Below the pieces are notes generated by a model. That model made no database searches. It worked only from the letters and a program-made list of their open reading frames with translations, and was not told the origin of the DNA. From a virus (Duplodnaviria > Caudoviricetes), in IMG/VR virus record IMGVR_UViG_3300013296_000013, positions 29,312 through 93,311 of that record: a DNA stretch of 64,000 bases; one strand, given 5' to 3'. Both the position numbers and the translations under genes were made by a program. Each line of letters starts with the position of its first letter. The first letter of the stretch is position 1. This document shows positions 1 through 8,284 of this stretch, piece by piece.

Positions 1-1
1 A

Positions 2-232
2 CAAGCACGAGTCACTATTGCTGTTCTGGAAATCCTAGAGGAGAGCCTCGGCCAACAGATCGATATAGATGATGAACTCGAAGATCTGAACCTCGATTCT
101 CTGGATCTCGTGGAGATGACCATGGAGATCGAGCAGCACTTCAATCTCGATGAATTTAGCGACGAAGAACTCGATAATTGCATCACGGTCAAAGACCTAG
201 CCATGCTTGTGTCGGACAAAGTTCATTTCTAA
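2..232 (+). CDS. acpP: Acyl carrier protein (5' partial)
   Basis: Not in the ORF track. Frame 2 reads QARVTIAVLEILEESLGQQIDIDDELEDLNLDSLDLVEMTMEIEQHF...ITVKDLAMLVSDKVHF*, with the LDSLDLVE phosphopantetheine motif and acidic composition. Confidence 0.85.
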   Translation, partial: QARVTIAVLEILEESLGQQIDIDDELEDLNLDSLDLVEMTMEIEQHFNLDEFSDEELDNCITVKDLAMLVSDKVHF

Positions 233-677
233 GATCATCTATAAGAAGGGAGACCTTCTTCTGTCTAGTGAGCGTCATATCGCTCACGGGTGTAATGCGC
301 AAGGAGTGATGCGCAGCGGCATAGCTAAATCTATTCGTGATAGATATCCTCAAGCTTTTGAAGATTATTACGCCGAATACGTGTCTAATGGCAATAAGCT
401 CTATCTAGGCGAAGTAGTCATCACGAAGTATCCAGAGAGGTGGATCTTCAACTGTATCACCCAAGAGTTCTACGGTAGAGACACGTCTGTTGTTTATGTT
501 AGCTACGAAGCTATTCATGACATGATAATCGCTCTTAATCTTATCTGCACGTGTAAAGGAATCGACAGGATAGCTTTCCCTAAGATCGGAGCTGGCCTAG
601 CTAATGGCGATTGGTCTAAGATCGAAGCTATATTCGAAAAGCATGCAGATTTTGAAGTCGTTGTTTATGAGCTCTAA
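207..677 (+). CDS. Macrodomain ADP-ribose hydrolase (Appr-1-p/DarG-like)
   Basis: GDLL..IAHGCNAQGVMRSGIAK and IAFPKIGAGLANGDW motifs; start uncertain. Confidence 0.9.
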   Translation: MCRTKFISKIIYKKGDLLLSSERHIAHGCNAQGVMRSGIAKSIRDRYPQAFEDYYAEYVSNGNKLYLGEVVITKYPERWIFNCITQEFYGRDTSVVYVSYEAIHDMIIALNLICTCKGIDRIAFPKIGAGLANGDWSKIEAIFEKHADFEVVVYEL

Positions 678-749
678 TCTACCAACATATCTTTACATAA
701 TTGGAAGCTTGTTCTTTCTAGCTGGAAGTGTAATCTCGCTGTTGATCAG

Positions 750-1040
750 ATGAATAAGAAACCAGATCTAATTAAGCTGTTCGATCTAGAAGGAATGGTC
801 GAACCTAGGAGAATCTATGATGAGACTACTGACGACATTAGTCGAAAGACTCCTTATGTCATCTGTGGAGAGATCCATCTGCTCCTTGACATGCTTAATA
901 TCACGTTCTTTCAGTGTGATCTAGAAACATCACTTAAAGTTCTTCAAGCGATAACTCTGCGTACGGCTTTTCTGCAGGAACGAGTTATCGATGTTAAGAA
1001 CATCATCGATCTACGGAGAAAGAACAAGAGTGATGATTAA
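750..1040 (+). CDS. Hypothetical protein
   Basis: ORF in an operon-like run. Confidence 0.55.
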   Translation: MNKKPDLIKLFDLEGMVEPRRIYDETTDDISRKTPYVICGEIHLLLDMLNITFFQCDLETSLKVLQAITLRTAFLQERVIDVKNIIDLRRKNKSDD

Positions 1041-1488
1041 GGGCTTCTTTGGTGAGTATCGATGGCTATCGAATTTCTGGTATTCAAAATTCAATGTGCA
1101 CGGGCTCGAATATGAAACTGTCGAACACTACTACCAATCGCAAAAATCGATACATCCCGATGAACGGGAAGAGATCCGTCTTTGTGGTTGTCCTAGCAAA
1201 GCAAAGTTTCTGGGTCGCAAAGTAGTCGATATAGATCCGACTTTCATGAAGAATCGGATCTTTATCATGCGAATGGGAATCGAGTGTAAGTTCGACCAAA
1301 ATTATGAACTGCGTGATCGACTTATATCGACAGGATATCAACACCTTGAAGAAGCCAACACATGGGGCGATACTTTTTGGGGAACGGTTGATGGACAAGG
1401 AACCAATCATCTCGGTAGGCTCCTGATGGAGGCCCGTGCCGGACTTATCTTGGAACAGCAATTTTATGGCAATCAAAATTATTCATAA
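1030..1488 (+). CDS. NADAR family protein (YbiA-like; T4 gp30.3-related)
   Basis: WLSNFW, TVEHYYQSQK, KFDQN..L...L.STG..LEEAN.WGD.FWG...G.NHLGRLLM motifs. Confidence 0.9.
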   Translation: MMIKGFFGEYRWLSNFWYSKFNVHGLEYETVEHYYQSQKSIHPDEREEIRLCGCPSKAKFLGRKVVDIDPTFMKNRIFIMRMGIECKFDQNYELRDRLISTGYQHLEEANTWGDTFWGTVDGQGTNHLGRLLMEARAGLILEQQFYGNQNYS

Positions 1489-1723
1489 GGGCGTCCCGCC
1501 GGCTTCGATCAAGTACGAGTGTACGTGTTCTAACTGCAGCACCGTTCTTGAGTTTCAAAAGAGCGATGCTCGTGTAGTCGATGATCGCACCGAGACCGCT
1601 TACATCGTCAACTGTCCTGTATGCTTCAAGGACATCTATAACGCTTCTTTGAAGCGCGCGAGCAACTTTCGCAGTGCTACTGCGAACCATCCAGACTTCG
1701 GGCCTACCTGGCTAGATCGATAA
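1466..1723 (+). CDS. Zinc-ribbon protein (CxxC...CPxC), similar to 40490..40675
   Basis: CSNCSTVLEF...CPVC. Confidence 0.7.
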   Translation: MAIKIIHKGVPPASIKYECTCSNCSTVLEFQKSDARVVDDRTETAYIVNCPVCFKDIYNASLKRASNFRSATANHPDFGPTWLDR

Positions 1724-1732
1724 TAAAAGTGG

Positions 1733-1762
1733 GTTGACATTTATTCCCACTTATAGTATAGT
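1733..1762 (+). promoter_or_regulatory. Sigma70-like early promoter
   Basis: GTTGACATTT...TAGTATAGT upstream of 1792. Confidence 0.65.
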
Positions 1763-1791
1763 TTACTTATCTTAAGAGGATCTCCTACATC

Positions 1792-2280
1792 ATGAAAGCT
1801 TCATTGAAGCAAAAGTGGCTTGAAGCCCTTCGCTCTGGAAACTACGAGCAGGCAATAGGTCTGCTTTGTCAATACGAAATGAGAGAAGGCCAAGTTGTTC
1901 CTCGGGGATATTGTTGTCTCGGCGTTTTGTGTGATGTCATGGATCCTACTAAGTGGAAACTCGACGGGGTTCGGCTTTCATCTGTGATCTATAACTTCTA
2001 TTCTCCAGAAAATGCTTCGGACAACTGGATGCAAAACAATGCTACATCTATTCCAGTCGACATCTGTGATGACCTCGGCCTGAATGGTATCAAGCGCATC
2101 GAGTGTTTCGACGAAGAGGGCTTCTTCTCTCACGAACAGGAGATGACTATCGCTAATGCTCTAATGAACTTCAATGATGAGCGTGGCTGGGATTTCAACG
2201 ATATCGCTGACTGGATCGAAGCTAACGTTCCAGAGGAAGATGATAGCATCGAAGAAACGATGCATCAGGAAGATTGTTAA
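1792..2280 (+). CDS. Hypothetical protein, W..ALRSG.Y/CCLGVLC family, copy 1
   Basis: KWLEALRSGNYEQ, CCLGVLC, FND...FNDIADWIE. Confidence 0.8.
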   Translation: MKASLKQKWLEALRSGNYEQAIGLLCQYEMREGQVVPRGYCCLGVLCDVMDPTKWKLDGVRLSSVIYNFYSPENASDNWMQNNATSIPVDICDDLGLNGIKRIECFDEEGFFSHEQEMTIANALMNFNDERGWDFNDIADWIEANVPEEDDSIEETMHQEDC

Positions 2281-2351
2281 GGAGACAGACATGCTGATCG
2301 CAGGTATTATTATCGGCGTACTCGGTTATCACCTCTTCAGGAAGTGATGCC

Positions 2352-2675
2352 ATGAGCTTGGTTCAGATCGTCGACATCTACTCTAAAAGAGTCCAAGATG
2401 GACGCACATGTAGAGACATCTTTCGGCATCTTGTCGGAGAGGTTAACGAGCTGAACCAGGAAATCATCTGGGAAGTCGAAGGTCTTCCGCCCGGAGATGA
2501 CGGGGTTGTCGGCGAGTGTATCGATGTGATAGCTTGCTGCATCGATATCATCCTTCAAAAGAACAAGAACGTGCCGTTAGAAGTGCTCGAGCCTATCCTC
2601 GAAGAACTCATGGCGCAGAAGTGCCAGAAGTGGGTCTATAAGACACTCACGGGCGCGTACGACCTAGGAAGATAA
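2352..2675 (+). CDS. MazG-like nucleotide pyrophosphohydrolase
   Basis: HLVGEVNEL...GECIDVI matches the ExxE/ExxD MazG pattern. Confidence 0.65.
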   Translation: MSLVQIVDIYSKRVQDGRTCRDIFRHLVGEVNELNQEIIWEVEGLPPGDDGVVGECIDVIACCIDIILQKNKNVPLEVLEPILEELMAQKCQKWVYKTLTGAYDLGR

Positions 2676-3074
2676 ATGCCAGTTGACTGGAAGAAGCCGC
2701 TCGAATGGAGCGATGGCACGCCTATCATACAAGTTGTAGAACTCAGCGGTTCATGGATGGACTATCACGTCTATCCTGGACGTCCTGGCACTGGCTGGGA
2801 GTACAGCGGTGCGTATGCTAACGGCACTACTGGTGCTGATCTATTTGTTCGCAATGCAAAGGTGAAAGAAGAAGTGGCTTACAACGAATCTCGCTTCCGC
2901 CATATGGAAGACCAAGACCTCGCCGACGAACTCAAGGAAGCCGAAGCTCAACTCGAGGCTATCAGTGAAGAGCTGATGAACCGTGAGTACGAGATCGATG
3001 GCGGCCGTTATGATGTTCCGAACGCGCAGAGCATCACCAAGACCATCGAGCTCGAGATCAACTGCCGCAGGTAG
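2676..3074 (+). CDS. Hypothetical protein
   Basis: ORF abutting the previous stop. Confidence 0.65.
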   Translation: MPVDWKKPLEWSDGTPIIQVVELSGSWMDYHVYPGRPGTGWEYSGAYANGTTGADLFVRNAKVKEEVAYNESRFRHMEDQDLADELKEAEAQLEAISEELMNREYEIDGGRYDVPNAQSITKTIELEINCRR

Positions 3075-3293
3075 TCTCTCCCATTCGGGAATTTTTCGAG
3101 GGTCCATTTTTGTGTCATCTACTACATGTACTTCCGAAGAAAGAGCAAGACAGATGTCTTGTTGGCGAGAGCTAACTTTGAAATGTCTTGGTAGTAGTTG
3201 TATGGCCTGGCAGAAGCTTCAGGTATACAACCATGAAAAGCGCGTTGTGGAAGACGATCCGGTGTGGGGTTTCTGTAAGGCTTTGAAATAGAT

Positions 3294-3543
3294 ATGATCT
3301 TCGTAAAACTACTGATCATCTCAATAGGTGTGATGAGTGGCGGATTTATCGCCCACTGTGTCTATCGAATCCATAAAGATACGGATATAATCGAATGATA
3401 TTCTATTTTGCAGGCATAGCGGTACTGTTCTTCGTGCTTACGCACACGCGACAGAGCACGTGATGTTTATTCTTTATTTACCGCTATTAGCGTTCATCAT
3501 ATTGATAGCTTGTGATGTGATCTTGGGAGACGATGATGATTGA
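3294..3543 (+). CDS. Three coupled single-TM micropeptides (3294-3398, 3395-3463, 3463-3543)
   Basis: ATGA/TGATG overlaps; hydrophobic 22-34 aa peptides. Confidence 0.55.
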
Positions 3544-3861
3544 GAGTACTCTCACAAGAGCTGAAAGAGACGACTGGGTAGGCGCTCTTCGTAGTGGTGA
3601 GTATCCTCAGTTTCACGGTGGTTGGGCACCGGCTTCAGAAAATCTGCGATCGCAGAAACTGGTTTCTGTTGTCTGAACGTTTTAGCTCATCGCCTCACTG
3701 GTCATGCTGTGTATGATATTATGGTTGATAATATAGCTGATATCGTTCTTAGTAAGTTTCCGAATGGATCTCCATTAGCTAGATATAATGATATCAACAA
3801 GCTGAGTTTCAAAGAGATCTCAGACATCATCATGAAAGAAGTGAGTGTTATCGATGGATAA
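3533..3861 (+). pseudogene. Frameshifted copy 2 of the CCLGVLC family
   Basis: DDWVGALRSGEYPQ is in the frame starting at 3533; GFCCLNVL...YND...SFKEISDII is in the frame of ORF 3622..3861. Confidence 0.7.
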
Positions 3862-4228
3862 AGAACTACTAACTAAGTGGCTCGCTGCTCTTCGTAGCGG
3901 TAACTATAAGCAGACCAAATACGCTCTACGCGAGATAGATAAGTGTGACGACACTAGTCACTGCTGTCTTGGTGTCCTCTGCGAGATCGTCGACCCAAGT
4001 AGGTTCGACGAAAGTGGCTGGTATAAGTTTCCAGACGGTTCTATTCATGAATCAGTTCTTAGCTCTACGTTCGCCCGTGATCTCGGCCTGGATGTTAAAG
4101 TCGATAAGATCGACGGAACACAAGCTACGATCGCCGAAGTGCTCATGGAGATGAACGATGATCAGAACATGACTTTCGCTGATATCGCTGATTTTATCGA
4201 GAAAGAACTGGGAGTTATCGATGCTTAA
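3854..4228 (+). CDS. CCLGVLC family, copy 3
   Basis: KWLAALRSGNYKQ, CCLGVLC, MND...FADIADFIE. Confidence 0.8.
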   Translation: MDKELLTKWLAALRSGNYKQTKYALREIDKCDDTSHCCLGVLCEIVDPSRFDESGWYKFPDGSIHESVLSSTFARDLGLDVKVDKIDGTQATIAEVLMEMNDDQNMTFADIADFIEKELGVIDA

Positions 4229-4793
4229 GAGTCTTCGTGATGAATGGTTAGCCGCTCTGCGTAGTGGCAAGTACGCTAAAACTACTGGTCAACTGCGCAC
4301 TACCAAGCATAGCGGCGAGCAGAGTTTCTGCTGCCTGGGCGTCCTGTGTAACGTGATGGATCCGAATCGCTATATCGCTGATAACGATCAATATCACTTC
4401 GCGAACGGTGATATTTCGGTTGCCGGTATCGTTCCTCCTGTAGCCGACGAGCTTCGACTGTCAGATCGTCGTGAGTACAGCTTCTATGATAACACTCCGG
4501 TTTCGGCGAGCATCGATGCTATTCTTGTCCATATGAACGACGGCGAGAGCAAGAGCTTCGCTGAGATCGCCGACTGGATCGAGGCTAACGTGCCGGTCGA
4601 GGAAGATCCCAACACGGATAAGCCTTCTCCGGTCATCGATCTCGAATATCTCGAGAGCATCCTCGACTCCTTCAAGAACGACCCTGCCGATACTCCCTAT
4701 CAGCTCGGTTACCTGATGGCTATCGTCGAGCTGTATAAGAACATCGGCGGTGATCTGTTCGCGAGGTACGGCAATGACTCTCTCCAAGGTTGA
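4221..4793 (+). CDS. CCLGVLC family, copy 4, with C-terminal extension
   Basis: EWLAALRSGKY, CCLGVLC, MND...FAEIADWIEANVP. Confidence 0.8.
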   Translation: MLKSLRDEWLAALRSGKYAKTTGQLRTTKHSGEQSFCCLGVLCNVMDPNRYIADNDQYHFANGDISVAGIVPPVADELRLSDRREYSFYDNTPVSASIDAILVHMNDGESKSFAEIADWIEANVPVEEDPNTDKPSPVIDLEYLESILDSFKNDPADTPYQLGYLMAIVELYKNIGGDLFARYGNDSLQG

Positions 4794-4974
4794 GAAGAAG
4801 TTCGATAAGCTTATCGAACGCTTCGCTTATAAACTCGAGAACTCAGTAACGCCAGTTCCAGGCCTGATCATCGGCCTGAGTGGCACCGATTCGATCGTGT
4901 CCTACATGGCCGCCATATGTGCTGTGCGAGTATCCGAACTCGAAGACCGCATTCCTATTCTTGGTGTCCACTAG
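4774..4974 (+). pseudogene. Truncated NAD synthetase (NadE)-like N-terminus
   Basis: GLIIGLSGTDS PP-loop-like motif and ILGVH, then a stop after 66 aa. Confidence 0.5.
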
Positions 4975-4993
4975 ATTTTCCGAAGGAAGTTAG

Positions 4994-5224
4994 TTGATCA
5001 CTGCTATCGTCATCATGTTGATCTGTTTCGGTCTCTTAGTCGTACTGTCGGAGGAATGATATGATCTGGGCTTTTGTTTTAGTACTAGTGATCGTTCTTA
5101 TCGTTAACGTCGAGGACCGATAATGATCGTACTCATCTTCATCATCATCCTGCTCTTCCTACTACCGATCGAGTACTGGCTAGTAGTTCTGCTGTTCTAT
5201 CTTCTACTGTCACACGCTGTATGA
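4994..5224 (+). CDS. Three closely packed hydrophobic micropeptides (4994-5059, 5061-5123, 5123-5224)
   Basis: AGGA/GGAGG SD-like sequences, TAATG/ATGA overlaps, 20-33 aa TM peptides. Confidence 0.55.
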
Positions 5225-5409
5225 TCAAGTATAACGCTATCTTCTATGAGTACGTATGTAATACTCTAATAGATTGGGAGAAGGACATCGTTAATTATCG
5301 TAATAATCCTACCGCGTACATCAAGATGTATCAGGATATCAAACTTCTGCGCGAGCTGAAAGAAGAGCTGAACTCGGCTCGTCCTGTATACGAATATCCG
5401 GACTTCTGA
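5221..5409 (+). CDS. Hypothetical protein
   Basis: Coupled ORF. Confidence 0.6.
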   Translation: MIKYNAIFYEYVCNTLIDWEKDIVNYRNNPTAYIKMYQDIKLLRELKEELNSARPVYEYPDF

Positions 5410-5410
5410 T

Positions 5411-5656
5411 ATGCTGTTTGTCTGTGTAAACGCTGGTCACTACCTGATTATCCTCAACGATACTGTCGTAGCTGAGATCGATCGCGTCTACGCTAACGAC
5501 AAGTACTACAAGTGGCCGAAGCAGATCTACCGAGTGAAGTGGCGGTCTGTTCTTCGTACTCTATACGAGGACAAAGACTTCGACACTCTCGCAGACATCC
5601 ACAAAGAGTATCACTTTCGTAACTACAAGGGATACAACAAGGTGCTAGCACGATGA
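5411..5656 (+). CDS. Hypothetical protein
   Basis: Coupled ORF. Confidence 0.6.
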   Translation: MLFVCVNAGHYLIILNDTVVAEIDRVYANDKYYKWPKQIYRVKWRSVLRTLYEDKDFDTLADIHKEYHFRNYKGYNKVLAR

Positions 5657-5865
5657 TCAAGATTCGAACCGACAAGCATCAGCGTCACTACGCTGTAATA
5701 GACACCGACAAGATCAGTCATATCAGCTACCACAACTCGAAGCTGCACAACGTTCACTTCGATAACGGTAGTCATATTCAGATCAGTGGATACGACATCG
5801 ACGAGCTGACCGAGATCTTAGACCTATACGTCGAAGACAACACCGGCGACAAGCTCGATCCATGA
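5653..5865 (+). CDS. Hypothetical protein
   Basis: ATGA overlap. Confidence 0.6.
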   Translation: MIKIRTDKHQRHYAVIDTDKISHISYHNSKLHNVHFDNGSHIQISGYDIDELTEILDLYVEDNTGDKLDP

Positions 5866-6098
5866 GCTATAAGCACAAAGTCGAGCTAGCGACTTTTCTA
5901 GATCCTGATAAGATCAGACGATATGCCGACGTCCAACACATCTGCGACGATGGTTACGTGATCGTTGTTTCGGACAATAAGTTCATGAGTATCCACATGA
6001 GCAAACTTACTCCATACGATCCTACTCTAATAGAGTATCGTAACATCGGTCAAGCTGACTGGCATCGATATGAAGAGTTAGGTATTCAGCTTGACTGA
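5862..6098 (+). CDS. Hypothetical protein
   Basis: ATGA overlap. Confidence 0.6.
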   Translation: MSYKHKVELATFLDPDKIRRYADVQHICDDGYVIVVSDNKFMSIHMSKLTPYDPTLIEYRNIGQADWHRYEELGIQLD

Positions 6099-6264
6099 AG
6101 AAAAGATGCTTCGCGATATCGCTTTTAATCTAGCGATGTGCGATATGGAATCTGGTAAAGACATCGACTACGCTCATCTAGATGATGCGAAAGAAATGGC
6201 TGACAAATGTGTCTAGAAATCGAGGGTCCTAGGAGATTTGAACGCCGTAGACCCATATTGAAAG

Positions 6265-6504
6265 ATGTTATCGATGGCAAAGCGTCTTGAGCAAGACGGA
6301 AAGTTCTTCCGTTTTCGTCGCGGAAAACTAGTGGAGATCCCGATGGAGTGGGTCGGTAATACTACTCACGCTCAGACTATCCGTAAACGACCAAGCAAAC
6401 TCACGCACAAGCGCAGACTCGCGGAGAAGTCTTCGAACAAGGTAAAACTAAGCAAAAGCAACTGCGGGAAAATTTTGAACGAGGCAATAGGGCCACTTCT
6501 GTAA
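6265..6504 (+). CDS. Small basic hypothetical protein
   Basis: FFRFRRGKLVEIP..WVG; last gene of the + strand run. Confidence 0.6.
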   Translation: MLSMAKRLEQDGKFFRFRRGKLVEIPMEWVGNTTHAQTIRKRPSKLTHKRRLAEKSSNKVKLSKSNCGKILNEAIGPLL

Positions 6505-6698
6505 CGCACTGTTTCACTACTGCGTTATACTGAAAACTTCTGCTTTACGCATTGAGTCGCGCGTTGAATAGTTCTGAAAAATTCTGACTCGAACGAAGGG
6601 ATCAATGGACCCTCATGGATACCAACAAAAGGGGAACCCAAGGGACCCTATCGAAAGGCACATGGCCCTTGTTCTGAGTCCCTTGTAATGCCTCGCAA

Positions 6699-6730
6699 TA
6701 GGGAGGCCACCCTCTCGAGCGACCTCCCTC
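6699..6730 (-). terminator. Hairpin terminator after 6737..7144
   Basis: AGGGAGG...CCTCCCT inverted repeat. Confidence 0.5.
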
Positions 6731-6736
6731 AGTGCC

Positions 6737-7144
6737 TCACTTCGCCTTGCGACCGGGCTTCTTCGGGCCTTCGATGGCGAGGACCGGAGCCGGTTCGACC
6801 ACCTCGAACTCCCCGTCGACCGATTCGAGTTGCTTCATTTCCATCTCGGCAAGGGCCTGCGCCTCGTAGGCCGCGACGGCATCGTCGCCCAGGAGAATGA
6901 AACGGTGGGCCGAATCGTGGCGAATATCGTCCTGGCGAACACCGTCCTTCATCACCTCGCCGATCGTACGACCACCCTCGAAGTAACCCTCGAACCGAGT
7001 GAACGACTGGGTGTTCTTACCCTTGGGGTTGTAGTCGATGTTGAGGAAGAGAGGCGTCGCGGCCTTGATCTCGTTCTTGGTGGGTTCCCGACCGTTGTTG
7101 GCCGAGGTGAAGGTCTCGATGAAAGCGTTCATCCACTTTGCCAT
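6737..7144 (-). CDS. NPK-motif hypothetical protein (paralogue of 18136..18711)
   Basis: NPKGK...RFEGY...GVRQDDIRHD...ILLGDDAV; GGAG SD; own promoter. Confidence 0.8.
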   Translation of the reverse strand: MAKWMNAFIETFTSANNGREPTKNEIKAATPLFLNIDYNPKGKNTQSFTRFEGYFEGGRTIGEVMKDGVRQDDIRHDSAHRFILLGDDAVAAYEAQALAEMEMKQLESVDGEFEVVEPAPVLAIEGPKKPGRKAK

Positions 7145-7316
7145 TTCGTATCTCCAATCGCATCATCCGGGAACCCCTTGTTCCCCTTTGATGTTACCAT
7201 TCTATCAAACACCTTGCACCTTGTAAACAAGTATTTTCAATCGAACCAAAAATAATTTGCATTGAAAATGGGTTGACATTTCGAACGGATCGTGTTAGGC
7301 GCGCGGCCCAGTGATA

Positions 7317-7562
7317 TCATATGGTGAAGGTGCCGTCGCCATGGTCGACCTCGCCACCATGCAGCATCTCGGCCTCGTCGGACCTCTCGACGTCGAAGCC
7401 ACGACAGAACGACTCCGTAGCGTCTCTCATGCGATCTGTGATGCCGAAACGACGCAGCCCGTAATCGACGCTGAGGCCGGCAAGATACGCCTGCCGGCCT
7501 GCATCGAACGGTGTGATATCTGGCTGCGGACCGATCGCCGGTTCCTTGCGTGCGACTCTCAT
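7317..7562 (-). CDS. Hypothetical protein
   Basis: ORF with GGAG SD. Confidence 0.5.
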   Translation of the reverse strand: MRVARKEPAIGPQPDITPFDAGRQAYLAGLSVDYGLRRFGITDRMRDATESFCRGFDVERSDEAEMLHGGEVDHGDGTFTI

Positions 7563-7626
7563 CGTGCTACTCCATTGTGTTCTGCTATAGCGAGCGCTAG
7601 CCACTCGGCCGTCTTCTGACTCACGA

Positions 7627-7773
7627 TCAGCCGATGTACTCGATCTCGGCCGCATCGACCTTCACGGTCTCGCCATTGTCCAGCCGCACGATAGCCAGAG
7701 GATCGCCGCCCAGTGCACCCTCGATATCCAGGAGCTCGCCGGTGTTGTTGTCCGATTTGATCTTGATACGCAT
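7627..7773 (-). CDS. Small hypothetical protein (48 aa)
   Basis: MRIKIKSDNNTGELLDIEG...EIEYIG*; AAGGA SD; promoter at about 7800-7830. Confidence 0.55.
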   Translation of the reverse strand: MRIKIKSDNNTGELLDIEGALGGDPLAIVRLDNGETVKVDAAEIEYIG

Positions 7774-8044
7774 GGTGTTGTTCCTTTCCACTATGATAAC
7801 AGTATATCACAGCAGATGGCGGTTGTAAACTAACAAATTTAAGCGAGATCGCGAACGCACGAAGATGATCGAACGCACGGACGGTGTCGATGTTGCCCAA
7901 TAAGCGCACATGGATAAGAACGTGCGCTTGGACTGGCGTTTTTCTGACAGGGATTTATCTATGCATTGCGCGCACGATCATATACAGCGCTCTGTTATAG
8001 ATGGTTGACGTTTCTAAGACGCCGATCTAGGATGGGTGTAGCTA

Positions 8045-8091
8045 TTACAGTACGAAGTACTCTTACAGTACGAAGTACTCTTACAGTACGA
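8045..8091. repeat. 18-bp tandem repeat, 2.6 copies (TTACAGTACGAAGTACTC)
   Basis: Exact units at 8045 and 8063, partial unit at 8081. Confidence 0.9.
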
Positions 8092-8284
8092 CGTCCTTCT
8101 GTTCTAGGATGTAAGTGATCTCGTCGGCTACGAACTCGCCTACGTGCATCGAGTCTTCGTCTATCTGTTCGTCGCAGTCTTCGGCTACAGCATTCCACGC
8201 TTTGTTTCTGTCGCTGAATATGCCGAGGCAAGTAACCTCGCCTGGATAGCCGCCCGAACAGTCGTGCTTCATCATAACGAACAT
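8081..8284 (-). CDS. Hypothetical acidic protein
   Basis: ORF. Confidence 0.6.
   Translation of the reverse strand: MFVMMKHDCSGGYPGEVTCLGIFSDRNKAWNAVAEDCDEQIDEDSMHVGEFVADEITYILEQKDVVL

Noticed and set aside
8045-8091. Possible mini-CRISPR array
   Set aside because: Repeats are directly adjacent with no spacers; the Cas4-like gene is a common stand-alone phage exonuclease
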